Shown here in pieces: positions 49,613 to 59,105 of a stretch of 64,000 nt of DNA. The notes below the pieces were generated by a model. It made no database searches, was not told the origin of the DNA, and saw only the letters and a program-made list of their open reading frames with translations. Origin of the DNA: Deltaproteobacteria bacterium (GTDB taxonomy: Bacteria; SAR324; JACQKK01); NCBI GenBank assembly GCA_029858505.1, contig JAOUEW010000004.1, positions 2,520-66,519 on the forward strand, given 5' to 3'. The stretch's first letter is position 1, and each line of letters begins with the position of its first letter. The translations under genes and the position numbers were made by a program.

Positions 49613-50458
49613 ATGCCTGCACACGGCCAGACCGGACCCACGCCACCGGGTGAACCCGACGACCCCGCCGGGCAGATTTCTCACCTGCCGGTGGACCGCG
49701 TTTTGCCGAACCCCCTGCAGCCCCGCCGCCGGTTTGAAGAAGAAAAAATTGCCCAACTGGCGGTGTCCATCGGCCAGCAGGGCATGATTCAACCGGTGGT
49801 GGTGCGGCCCCACCCGGCCCACCCAGGTTCCTTTGAAATTGTGGCGGGGGAACGCCGTTGGCGGGCGGCCAAGCACCTGGGCCGGGCCACGGTGCCAGTG
49901 CTGGTGCGGCAGATTGACGATATCGACCTGTTGGAAACCGCCCTGGTGGAAAACCTGCAGCGGGAGGCCCTGACCCCCGTGGAGGAAGCCCAGGCCTATC
50001 GGGACCTGCTGGAACTCCACGGTTACACCCAAGAAACCCTGGCCAAGCGCGTGGGGCGCGACCGCTCCACCATTGCCAACATGGTGCGGCTGCTGGCCCT
50101 GCCAGCACCCGTGCGGGATTTGTTAGAGGCCGGGCGGTTGACCACTGGCCACGCCAGGGCCCTGCTGGCCCTCCCCGATAGTGAGCGCATGACCCTGCTG
50201 GCCCAAGAGGTGGTGGCCAAGGACTTGTCTGTGCGCGACACCGAGAAGCGGGTGAAGCAGGAATTGGACGGCCCCGCCCCGGCCAGTTCCACCCCTGACA
50301 AGCCCGTGCATCACCATTACCAGACCGTGATGAACGACATGGCCCGCCACCTGGGCACCCGGGTGTTCATTGATCAAAAAAATCACCAGGGCAAAATCGA
50401 GATCGAGTTCTATTCTTTGGACGACTTCAACCGGCTGTATGATTTGTTGATGGATTGA
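49613..50458 (+). CDS. parB: ParB/Spo0J chromosome partition protein
   Basis: PNPLQPRR, GERRWRAA, ENLQREAL, HTH, GHARALL. Confidence 0.93.
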   Translation: MPAHGQTGPTPPGEPDDPAGQISHLPVDRVLPNPLQPRRRFEEEKIAQLAVSIGQQGMIQPVVVRPHPAHPGSFEIVAGERRWRAAKHLGRATVPVLVRQIDDIDLLETALVENLQREALTPVEEAQAYRDLLELHGYTQETLAKRVGRDRSTIANMVRLLALPAPVRDLLEAGRLTTGHARALLALPDSERMTLLAQEVVAKDLSVRDTEKRVKQELDGPAPASSTPDKPVHHHYQTVMNDMARHLGTRVFIDQKNHQGKIEIEFYSLDDFNRLYDLLMD

Positions 50459-50489
50459 TGCTCAGGGGGGGGCTGTTCAAATGCTTGTC

Positions 50490-50792
50490 GTTCGAAGCCA
50501 TCGGTGATTCCCTCCCTCCAACCACACCTCTCCCCTGCCCTGCGGGCATCCCCTCCCCAGTCAGGGAGGGGAAAGACTTGAATCCACCGGTTTCTATTTT
50601 CATCCGTTCTGAAAACATAGACTGGACGGAAGCAAGCGCATCACTCATCGGATTCGAGCCATTCCCCCCTCCCTGATTGGGGAGGGGGGCAGGGGGGAGA
50701 GGTTCTGTTGGGACAACGCTCGATGCCAACGGTTATTCATCCGTTCGGTTCATAAAAACTAGACGGAAGCAATCCATTCACCGGCTTCGAGG
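50490..50792 (+). repeat. Dispersed repeat locus 6: partial A, B > A (50576-50659) < B, A (50718-50792)
   Basis: ACTTGAATCC...GGATTCGAGC; GCTCGATGCC...GGCTTCGAGG. Confidence 0.9.
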
Positions 50793-50882
50793 AACGGGTG
50801 TTGTTGCGTGAAGCCCCTTGGGATACAGTATTTCTAGCCAGCATTCCGGCATTCCCCCACCCCCTTTACCATTGCCGCGCCC

Positions 50883-53498
50883 ATGGGCTTATCTTTAGAC
50901 CGATACACCAACCGGGCCCAGGCGGCCATTTTGGCCGGGCAAGAACTGGCCGAGAAGCGGCGGCATTCCAAGATTGACCCGGAACATTTGCTGCTGGCCC
51001 TGCTGGACGACAAAAAGGACCTGGCCTCGGTGTTGTTGGACAAGGCCGGCACCGACGCCGACAACTTGGCCCGCCAGTTGGAACAGGCCCTGGACCGCAT
51101 GCCCCGCACGGCCCCCAGCGGGGCCACCCCCTATGTGTCGAAAAAATTGCAGTTGGTGTTGCAGCGGGCCGACCGCGACGCCGCCGCCATGGGCGATCAA
51201 TTTACCAGCACCGAGCACCTGCTGATGGGCTTGGCGGCGGAGCGGGGGTCGGAGGCGTTTGACGCCTTGGCGGCCAGGGGGGTGACCCGGGGCACCATAC
51301 AAGAACTGCTGCCGGGGCTGCGGGGCAGCGAGCCCATCAAAGACAAGGCCGCCGGAGAAAACATTGGGGTGCTGGAAAAATATTGCCAAGACCTGGTGGC
51401 CCAGGCCCGCCAGGGCAGCCTGGACCCGGTCATTGGCCGCGACGAAGAAGTGCGCCGGGTGATTCAGGTGTTGTCTCGCCGCCGCAAGAACAACCCGGTG
51501 CTCATCGGCGAGCCGGGGGTGGGCAAAACGGCCATCATCGAGGGGCTGGCCCAGCGCATTGTGTCTGGCGACGTGCCCATGACCCTGAAAGACAAGCGGG
51601 TGTTAAGCATGGACCTGGGCGCGTTGATTGCTGGGGCCAAGTACCGGGGAGATTTTGAAGACCGCCTGAAGGCCTTGATCCGGGCGGTGGAGGAGTCGGA
51701 CGGCGACATTATTTTGTTCATCGACGAGCTGCACACCCTGGTGGGGGCGGGGGGCAGCGAAGGGGCCATCGACGCCTCGAACATGCTGAAGCCCGCCTTG
51801 GCCCGGGGTACCCTGCGCTGCGTGGGGGCCACCACCCTGAAGGAATACAAAAAGTATATTGAAAAAGACCCGGCCCTGGAACGGCGCTTTCAGCAGGTGC
51901 TGGTGAAGCAGCCCGATGTTCCCCTCACCATCGCCATTTTGCGGGGGCTGAAAGAACGCTACGAGGTTCACCACGGCATTCGCATCAAAGACTCCGCCAT
52001 CGTGGCGGCGGCCAATCTGTCGGACCGTTACTTGCCAGACCGCTTCTTGCCCGACAAGGCCATTGACCTGATTGACGAGGCCAGCGCCATGCTGTGCATC
52101 GAGATTGACAGCCTGCCCACCGAGATTGACCAGATTGACCGGAAGATCATGCAGATGGACATTGAATCTGCCGCCCTGCGAAACGACGACGACCCGGCGG
52201 CGGCCAAACGGCTGGCCGGGCTGGAAAAAGAGCTGACGCGGTTGAAGCAAGAAACCGCGGTACGCAAAGAAGCCTGGAAGAAAGAGCGGGCGTCCATTCA
52301 AAAAGCGCGGGAGCTGAAGGAAGAAATTGAACACACCCGGCTGAAAGAACAAGAGGCCCAACGGGCTGGAGACCTGGAACTGGCCGCCCGGTTGAAATAC
52401 GGCGTGCTGGACGACCTGAACCGCCAGCTGGAAGCGGCCAACCGCCAACTGGACCAATCGGGGAAGGGGCGGATTCTGCGGGAGGCGGTGGATGAAGAAG
52501 ACATCGCCGGGGTGATTTCCCGCTGGACGGGCATTCCGGTGGCCCGCATGCTGGAAGGCGAACGCACCAAACTGGTACGCATGGAAAAAGCCCTGGGCCG
52601 CCGGGTGGTGGGGCAGGATGAAGCCTTGGTGGCGGTGTCTTCGGCCATTCGCCGTTCACGGGCGGGGATTCAAGACCCCAACCGGCCCATTGGGTCGTTC
52701 ATCTTCGCCGGGTCCACCGGGGTGGGCAAAACCGAACTGGCCAGGGCCCTGGCGGAATTTTTGTTCGACGACGAACGGGCCATCATCCGCATGGATATGT
52801 CGGAGTACATGGAGAAGCATTCGGTGGCCCGCATCATCGGGGCGCCCCCGGGCTACGTGGGCTTTGAAGAGGGAGGCAACCTCACCGAACAGGTGCGCCG
52901 CCGCCCCTACGCGGTGATTTTGGCCGATGAAATTGAGAAGGCCCACCCCGACGTGTTTAACCTGTTCCTGCAAATTTTAGACGAAGGCCACCTGACCGAC
53001 AGCCAGGGCCGCACCGTGAACTTCAAAAGCACGGTCATCATACTCACCACCAACCTGGGGCAAGAATCTTCGCCCGACGGCCAGCCCCTGCCCCACGAAG
53101 AACAGGTGAAGCGCACCCGCCAACGCCTGAGGGAACACTTTCGCCCAGAATTTTTGAACCGGGTGGATGAAACCGTGGTGTTCCGCCCCCTGGGGGCCGA
53201 TCAGATTCGCCAGATTGTGCGGCTGCAAATGGAGTTGCTGCACAAGCGCTTGGCCGACCACCACATTGAACTGGTGATGCGCCCGGAGGCGGAGGAACAT
53301 CTCTCCCGGTTGGGGTACGACCCGGTGTTTGGGGCCCGACCTCTCAAGCGGGTTATTCAGCACGAAATTCAGGACCTGCTGGCCTACAAAATGTTGGATG
53401 GCACCCTGCACGAGGGCGACCGGGTGGAAGTACGCTTGGGCAAAGACCGCCTGACCTTCCACCGCATGGCCGGGACCGAAGGCCAAGCGGCGGTTTGA
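50883..53498 (+). CDS. clpB: ATP-dependent chaperone ClpB
   Basis: Two AAA modules ([16 protein letters not shown]) and coiled-coil M-domain (AARLKYG). Confidence 0.97.
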   Translation: MGLSLDRYTNRAQAAILAGQELAEKRRHSKIDPEHLLLALLDDKKDLASVLLDKAGTDADNLARQLEQALDRMPRTAPSGATPYVSKKLQLVLQRADRDAAAMGDQFTSTEHLLMGLAAERGSEAFDALAARGVTRGTIQELLPGLRGSEPIKDKAAGENIGVLEKYCQDLVAQARQGSLDPVIGRDEEVRRVIQVLSRRRKNNPVLIGEPGVGKTAIIEGLAQRIVSGDVPMTLKDKRVLSMDLGALIAGAKYRGDFEDRLKALIRAVEESDGDIILFIDELHTLVGAGGSEGAIDASNMLKPALARGTLRCVGATTLKEYKKYIEKDPALERRFQQVLVKQPDVPLTIAILRGLKERYEVHHGIRIKDSAIVAAANLSDRYLPDRFLPDKAIDLIDEASAMLCIEIDSLPTEIDQIDRKIMQMDIESAALRNDDDPAAAKRLAGLEKELTRLKQETAVRKEAWKKERASIQKARELKEEIEHTRLKEQEAQRAGDLELAARLKYGVLDDLNRQLEAANRQLDQSGKGRILREAVDEEDIAGVISRWTGIPVARMLEGERTKLVRMEKALGRRVVGQDEALVAVSSAIRRSRAGIQDPNRPIGSFIFAGSTGVGKTELARALAEFLFDDERAIIRMDMSEYMEKHSVARIIGAPPGYVGFEEGGNLTEQVRRRPYAVILADEIEKAHPDVFNLFLQILDEGHLTDSQGRTVNFKSTVIILTTNLGQESSPDGQPLPHEEQVKRTRQRLREHFRPEFLNRVDETVVFRPLGADQIRQIVRLQMELLHKRLADHHIELVMRPEAEEHLSRLGYDPVFGARPLKRVIQHEIQDLLAYKMLDGTLHEGDRVEVRLGKDRLTFHRMAGTEGQAAV

Positions 53499-53855
53499 TC
53501 ACCCCTCCAACATCACCCCCGCTTTCCGCAACACGGCCACATACCCCCAATACACCCCCGCCATCAATACGGAATCCACCGCCAGGGCGGGCCAAAAACC
53601 CAGCCCCCACCGCACCAGCCAGGGAAACAAGGCCAAAAAGAACAGGGTGGGCATCACCATCCACACCACTTGGCCAGACAGCCGGGCGGAGGTGTCTAAA
53701 TTGCCGGTGTCTAGGTGAATCCACACCATGGACAACACCGTGGTGAGGGGGAGGGACACCACCAGGGCGGCGACCCAGGTATTTTTTCGAGACATTTCAC
53801 TCACCAAGGCGATCACCAGGGCGGAGGCAAATATTTTTAATAAAAACAATAGCAT
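53499..53855 (-). CDS. DUF3147-like membrane protein
   Basis: LKIFASALVIALVSE..K, ALVVSLPLT; four TMs. Confidence 0.75.
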   Translation of the reverse strand: MLLFLLKIFASALVIALVSEMSRKNTWVAALVVSLPLTTVLSMVWIHLDTGNLDTSARLSGQVVWMVMPTLFFLALFPWLVRWGLGFWPALAVDSVLMAGVYWGYVAVLRKAGVMLEG

Positions 53856-54006
53856 GGTCTTCCGATGGATTGGGGGGCAGGGGGCAAATAGGGGCCGTTT
53901 CGGTTGACTTTTCTCAGGGTGAGGGTCTTTCTAATTTATATAGGCCCGGTTTTTGAAAGTCTATGTCCGGGGGAGGTATCGTGGTTTCCTGTTCACCGAA
54001 TTTTCC

Positions 54007-55398
54007 ATGCCGGGTATGGCCGAATCATCTCAAGATAGCTCGAAAAAAGGGGGGTCCTCTTCTGGTCAGGGGGATGGGGGCCGGGGTTTGCCCGCCGACT
54101 TTGCCTCCCGCATCGCCACCAAAATCATTGTGACCCAAGAGCGGGAGCGGGACCCGGAAGCGGCCGCCCTGAAGGTGTCGTCGCTGATTACCCGCAACCT
54201 GAACGTGGAGGGCCGCCATTCTCAGTTTCTGGAGGCCACCCGCATTATGCTGGAGGATGAAGACACCCAGCGATACGCCGCGGTGTCTTGGGCTTCTTTG
54301 CACTTGGCCAAAGACCAAAACCCCGCTGGAGAAACGTTTTTAGGGTTTGTGCTCGATGCCGCGATTATTGAGCACATGAACCTGGAAAAACCGCTGTATG
54401 AAATGGAAATGCGGCGGAAGAAATTCTCCCATTACGCCTGGATGATGGGAGAAGTGTTTATCAACATTACCCGGATGTCGAACGAATTGTTCGACGTGGT
54501 GAGCCATATGTTCTCTCTGATCATCCGCAAAGAGATGATTATGGAACAAAAGATGAAGGAAGAGCGCTCCACCACCCGCCGGTTGATTGTGGGCAGCCAA
54601 AAAGAAAAAGAAACCGCCAGCAAGAAATTGTTCGATGACTTGGTGGACTACATCCACACCCGGGGCGAATTTAAGTCGGACTCGTTGAACCAGCAGAACC
54701 CCAACGAATTTATTGCCGTGCTGGCGGACCGCCTGCGGGGGACCCGCCGCTATGTCATCCAAGACATCGTCAACAAGCAGGCGATGGACCGGAAAAAGCA
54801 GGCGGAAAAAGAACTTTCAGAAAAGCAGGCCAGCGCCGAGGAAATCATTCGGGCCAAAGACCCCTTCAAGAAAGCGCTGCGGCTGTTTTGGACGGAGAAG
54901 CGCTACAACTTTAAGTACCTGTCGGTGGAAAAGGTGCGGGTCACCCTGCAAATGATCGCCGTGGTGGTGGGCATCGGCCACTTTCTGATCGGGTACATTG
55001 GGCTGTTGGATATTCACTGGGGAGAAGGCATAGTGGTGGGGATGGGCATGTATTTGTTCGCCCGGTTTGCCATCAGCCGGAAAAGTTTTTTGCGGTTCTA
55101 CCCGGAAGACGTTTCCAAGGAATTGGAAACCGTGGTGGGCCACATTACCCCCACCTTGCGAAAAATGACCAAAACCCAGTTGTCGCCCTTTTTGGTAAAT
55201 CAGGTGAAAGACGGCGAGAACACCAAGCTGCTGCTGGTGGTGCCAGAATTTGTGAAGTATTTGTTCGCGGTGATGCCCGAACGGCGGAACATGATTGTGA
55301 CCTATGAGCAGCTGCATGAAATCATGGAAACCCTGGAAATGGAAGTCTCTCGCCAGGCCAGGGATTTGAGTTACTTCCACCGTCCCCCGCCCGCCTAA
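54007..55398 (+). CDS. Hypothetical membrane protein (large soluble N-domain, 2 TMs)
   Basis: About 460-aa ORF with genome-typical codon usage; start 54007 or 54016. Confidence 0.75.
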   Translation: MPGMAESSQDSSKKGGSSSGQGDGGRGLPADFASRIATKIIVTQERERDPEAAALKVSSLITRNLNVEGRHSQFLEATRIMLEDEDTQRYAAVSWASLHLAKDQNPAGETFLGFVLDAAIIEHMNLEKPLYEMEMRRKKFSHYAWMMGEVFINITRMSNELFDVVSHMFSLIIRKEMIMEQKMKEERSTTRRLIVGSQKEKETASKKLFDDLVDYIHTRGEFKSDSLNQQNPNEFIAVLADRLRGTRRYVIQDIVNKQAMDRKKQAEKELSEKQASAEEIIRAKDPFKKALRLFWTEKRYNFKYLSVEKVRVTLQMIAVVVGIGHFLIGYIGLLDIHWGEGIVVGMGMYLFARFAISRKSFLRFYPEDVSKELETVVGHITPTLRKMTKTQLSPFLVNQVKDGENTKLLLVVPEFVKYLFAVMPERRNMIVTYEQLHEIMETLEMEVSRQARDLSYFHRPPPA

Positions 55399-55467
55399 AA
55401 GTTCTTGGGTTCAGGCCAAACGATTTTCCTCCCCCCTTTTCCTCCCCCCTCTGCGTCCCCATCCCGT

Positions 55468-55825
55468 TACTCGAATCCACCGGATATTCTCTTCAACCAT
55501 TCGGAAAACAAAGATTGGACGGAAGCAGGCAATGCCCAAACGCCATTGAACGCCCCCTCTCTTCGGGAGAGGGGGCGGGGGGTGAGGTCTCATCAAGCGA
55601 AGAATGGACCTCACCCCGCCCGCTGGCGCGGGCTGCCCCTCTCCCGATGGAGAGGGACAATACTCGAATCCATCGGTTCTTCTATCCAACCGTTCGGAAA
55701 GCATACACTGATCGGCAGCAAGCGCATGACATTTCGGATGCGAGTTGTTCCCCTCCACGAAGGGGAGGGGATGCCCCCATCAGGGGGCAGGGGAGGGGTG
55801 TTGTTGGGATGCCCGCAGGGCAGGG
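55468..55825 (+). repeat. Dispersed repeat locus 7: A-B composite (55469-55599), B > A (55662-55745) < B
   Basis: ACTCGAATCC at 55469 and 55662; GGATGCGAGT end at 55745. Confidence 0.9.
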
Positions 55826-55921
55826 ATGATTGGGGGAGAGAAACAACACGGCAGTGCGGCTGGTGCTTGAACAACACACGATTCTCCGAGTTTACGATCT
55901 GGCTTTCCCGTCGTGTTCCAC

Positions 55922-56680
55922 TTAACGGAATTGCGAAGTGTTGACGGTAAGCACCTGGCCGTTGGAGCGCTTCAACGTAAACGTTTTCTCGTCTTTCCAG
56001 GCAATGGGGGCGGTGGGCAGGCCGTTGTACACGGGGGAGGGCAAATGCCGCACCCGCCCTTCGTTGAACAGGGAAAGGTGAAGTTTTAAGGGGAACCGCT
56101 GGTCGGTGCCGGTGGGGGCCCCAGGTTCGTCTTTGCCCACGTGGAAAAAGACCACGCCTTCGGCTCCGGCGGTCACGCCATCGGCGGTTTTGGCATAGGG
56201 CAGCAGGTCCACCAACGCTGGCGTGTTCACCCGGCGGTAAACTTTTTTCACCACCACGCCGTCCATGGTGGCCGTCAGGGTGTAATAGCCGGGGGCCACA
56301 ATGGTGATCACGGGGGCGCTGTCTCCCGGTGCCATGTGGGCGCCGACCTCCCATTTGTCTTGATCGTTGCGGGCCAGGTACACGAACCGCCCCTCCACCG
56401 GCAGGGCCGTCACGGCCACGATGGTTTTTCCCGGCAGGGCCAGCAGCAGCTGGTTCCCCAGGTACACCCCGTTGCCCGGCCGGTTTTCAGGAAACACCTG
56501 ATAGGTCTCCATGGCCACAATGCCCCGGTGCTGGGGGTCGGCGGGATATTCTTCCGCGCTCCACAGGGGGCTGGCCCAAACCAGCGCTGCGGCGAACAAC
56601 ATTCCCGCGGCTTTGAACCGGCGGTGAGCAGCCAAGGAACCAACAGGGGAGCCAACAGGGGAAAAAAACTTGGGCGCCAT
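55922..56680 (-). CDS. Hypothetical secreted beta-rich protein
   Basis: Signal-like LFAAALVWASPLWS; start may lie further downstream. Confidence 0.65.
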   Translation of the reverse strand: MAPKFFSPVGSPVGSLAAHRRFKAAGMLFAAALVWASPLWSAEEYPADPQHRGIVAMETYQVFPENRPGNGVYLGNQLLLALPGKTIVAVTALPVEGRFVYLARNDQDKWEVGAHMAPGDSAPVITIVAPGYYTLTATMDGVVVKKVYRRVNTPALVDLLPYAKTADGVTAGAEGVVFFHVGKDEPGAPTGTDQRFPLKLHLSLFNEGRVRHLPSPVYNGLPTAPIAWKDEKTFTLKRSNGQVLTVNTSQFR

Positions 56681-56742
56681 GATGGGGAATCTCAGTGGAA
56701 GGGTGTGTTGCCTGCCCGTTGCTTGCCGTGGGGGAATCTTAT

Positions 56743-57663
56743 CTATTTTTTTGGCAAAGGTGAAGCCGGGGTTTTGGTGGAGGGGGAGGCCCCCGGGGAA
56801 ATCACCCGGGCGGAGTGAACCACCAGTTCCAGGTTTCCCCGATAGGGGGTGATGAAGCCGTCTACCGCCAGCCGAGAACCCACGGGCCAGTGCCCCCAGG
56901 GCCCGGTAACCCGTGGACCGGGGCGAATGAACCCAGCCAATTCACGGCCCTCCCCCAGGGAAAAGATGAGCAACTGGTTTCCTTTGCCCCCCAGGGGCCG
57001 TTGTTTTTTGAGCACGGCTTCCAGCATCACGAACTTTCCTTCCCACCGGGCCGGGTCGAAACCCTCCCCTGGGAAGGTGCCCCCCCACAGGGGGTTGCCG
57101 GGGGCGGCGGGGGTGCGCCCTTCTCGGGCCAGCCTGTCCAAATATTTCCGACGGGAGGGGTCGTCGGCCCATATGCCCTTGCGCGATTCAAAAGCTGCGG
57201 CTTCCAGCCGCACCCACTCGGGATAATCCGCCGGGTCGGGCAGCCCAAAGCGGGTGTCTAGGGGGGAATGGCCCTGAGCAATGATCTCTTGGTTGATCCA
57301 CACCCCATCGGCCCACACCTGGGCCAGGGTGCGGCCATGGCGGTCGGCCTGGGGCAGGGCCAAGCGCAAAGACTTTCCAGAAAGGGCTTGGCGCAGGAAG
57401 GCCTGGGCGGGCAGGCCGTGGGCCAGGTCTAGGCCCTTGGGGTTGTCGTGGAGTTCGGGGGTGTCTACCCCCAACAGGCGAATGCGTTCCTGGGGGGGAG
57501 TGATCCGGCCGTCGGCGTTCAGGTCGGCTTCGAAGGTGTCTCCGTCCAGCACCCGCCCCAGGGCCGTGGGCGGCAAAAGCAGGGGGCTGGGCGGGCTGGC
57601 CAGGGGCACGCCCGCCAGGCTGACGAATGCCAATAGAGCAACGGACCGGGCGGTTATACCCAC
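56743..57663 (-). CDS. Thermonuclease (SNase) family protein with C-terminal OB-like extension
   Basis: VLDGDTF, IRLLGVDTPE, DRHGRTLA, KGIW; GTG start overlaps the rodA end. Confidence 0.85.
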   Translation of the reverse strand: MGITARSVALLAFVSLAGVPLASPPSPLLLPPTALGRVLDGDTFEADLNADGRITPPQERIRLLGVDTPELHDNPKGLDLAHGLPAQAFLRQALSGKSLRLALPQADRHGRTLAQVWADGVWINQEIIAQGHSPLDTRFGLPDPADYPEWVRLEAAAFESRKGIWADDPSRRKYLDRLAREGRTPAAPGNPLWGGTFPGEGFDPARWEGKFVMLEAVLKKQRPLGGKGNQLLIFSLGEGRELAGFIRPGPRVTGPWGHWPVGSRLAVDGFITPYRGNLELVVHSARVISPGASPSTKTPASPLPKK

Positions 57664-58976
57664 AGAAATCGCCGCATGCGGATGTTTAGAATTAACCCCA
57701 TGCCGGCCAGCATGGTGACCATGGAAGACCCCCCGTAACTAAAGAACGGCAGGGGAACCCCCACCACCGGCAGCAGGCCTGTCACCATGCCAACATTCAC
57801 CACCATTTGCATGGAGATGATGGACACCACCCCCATCACCACAAAGGCCGAGTAGCGGTCGCGGGTTTGGGTGATGGTGGATAGGGACCGCTGGATGACA
57901 TAGAAAAACAACGCCAACAGCACCAGTACGCCCAAAAATCCAGATTCCTCGGCGTAAATGGCAAACAGGAAGTCGGTATGCCGGGCGGGAAGAAAGTTTA
58001 ACTGACCCTGGGTAGAGTTGCCGTACCCCTTGCCGGTAAACCCACCGCTGCCAATGGCCACCTTGGATTGAATCACGTGGTAGCCCGCCCCCAGAGGGTC
58101 CTTGTTGGGGTCTAAAAAGGTGAGAATCCGTTTTTGCTGATAGGGCCGGAGCACGAAGGAAATGAACGGTACAAAGGCACGCTCGGAAATCATTTTGACT
58201 TCGGGGTGGCTTTCCAGGTCGGCTTCTTCCCCGTACAGGTCTTCCAACAGGGAATTTTTAAACAGGTATTTTTTCCCCTCCAGGGCATTCAGGGAGTCGA
58301 TCACGGTTTTATCGGCCCCTTGGGTTTTGGCGTAGCGGGCCAGTTTGTGGTCTACCCGGTAGTAACCCAACTCAAAAGACAGAAACAAAATAAACAACCC
58401 CACCGCCCCAAATAGGGCCAGGTAGCCGATCAGCCGGGGATTCAGGCCAGCCATGACCATCATGGGAAAGAAGATCATCAGCAACAGCAAGGCCGTGCCC
58501 AGGTCGGGCTGGTCCACGATCAGAAAAAACGGAACCAAGGCCATGGCCAAGGGAATGATGGCCCGCCGCAGCCCCAGGTTGCCCACCCGGCGGCTGTCTC
58601 TAAAATAGAAAGCGATGGACAATACCAGGGTAAACTTGGCGAATTCGGAGGGTTGAAACGCCATGCCTCCCACCTTCAGCCAGCGGCTGACTCCGCCCTC
58701 GCCCTGGGGCATGGCCAGCAGCAGTACCAGCACCCCCACCACCCCGCCATGAAGCAGGTAGGAGAAGCGGTTCCACAGGTTGAAATCCACCATCACCAAA
58801 ACCAGGGCGACCACCAGACCCACGCCAATCCAAGACAATTGGCGGGCCCAAAAGTCAGACTCCCCTGGGTAGCCTTTCGAGGCCGAAAAAATGGCGGCCA
58901 CCCCGATCAAGCAAATGGCCAGCACGGCCCCCAGCAGGCGCCAGTCGAAGTTTTGTAATAAACGGCGGTCGAACAT
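57654..58976 (-). CDS. rodA: Rod shape-determining SEDS glycosyltransferase
   Basis: QPSEFAK, QPDLGTA, GAGYHVIQSKVAIGSGG, HTDF, SYGGSS; start MFDRRLL. Confidence 0.95.
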   Translation of the reverse strand: MFDRRLLQNFDWRLLGAVLAICLIGVAAIFSASKGYPGESDFWARQLSWIGVGLVVALVLVMVDFNLWNRFSYLLHGGVVGVLVLLLAMPQGEGGVSRWLKVGGMAFQPSEFAKFTLVLSIAFYFRDSRRVGNLGLRRAIIPLAMALVPFFLIVDQPDLGTALLLLMIFFPMMVMAGLNPRLIGYLALFGAVGLFILFLSFELGYYRVDHKLARYAKTQGADKTVIDSLNALEGKKYLFKNSLLEDLYGEEADLESHPEVKMISERAFVPFISFVLRPYQQKRILTFLDPNKDPLGAGYHVIQSKVAIGSGGFTGKGYGNSTQGQLNFLPARHTDFLFAIYAEESGFLGVLVLLALFFYVIQRSLSTITQTRDRYSAFVVMGVVSIISMQMVVNVGMVTGLLPVVGVPLPFFSYGGSSMVTMLAGMGLILNIRMRRFLWV

Positions 58977-59105
58977 GGGGGTATCCTGACGGGGTGGTTG
59001 TGTGAAGATCTTAGGATATAATAGGCTGAAAGGAGAAAAAAGAGCCTCCTCTACCCTTACTCTAGTCGTTATCTTGTGTCTGGCCTTCTCTTTCCGGGTG
59101 TATTC

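Noticed and set aside
50576-50659. Integron attC site
   Set aside because: Lacks RYYYAAC/GTTRRRY ends, flanking genes are core genes, and there is no integrase.
50793-50882. CIRCE or sigma32 element upstream of clpB
   Set aside because: No TTAGCACTC-N9-GAGTGCTAA and no convincing sigma32 consensus.
55405-55944. ORFs spanning the repeat loci (also 33-227, 3730-4126, 35852-36280, 50427-50729)
   Set aside because: Translations of non-coding palindromic repeats, with no frame conservation between copies.
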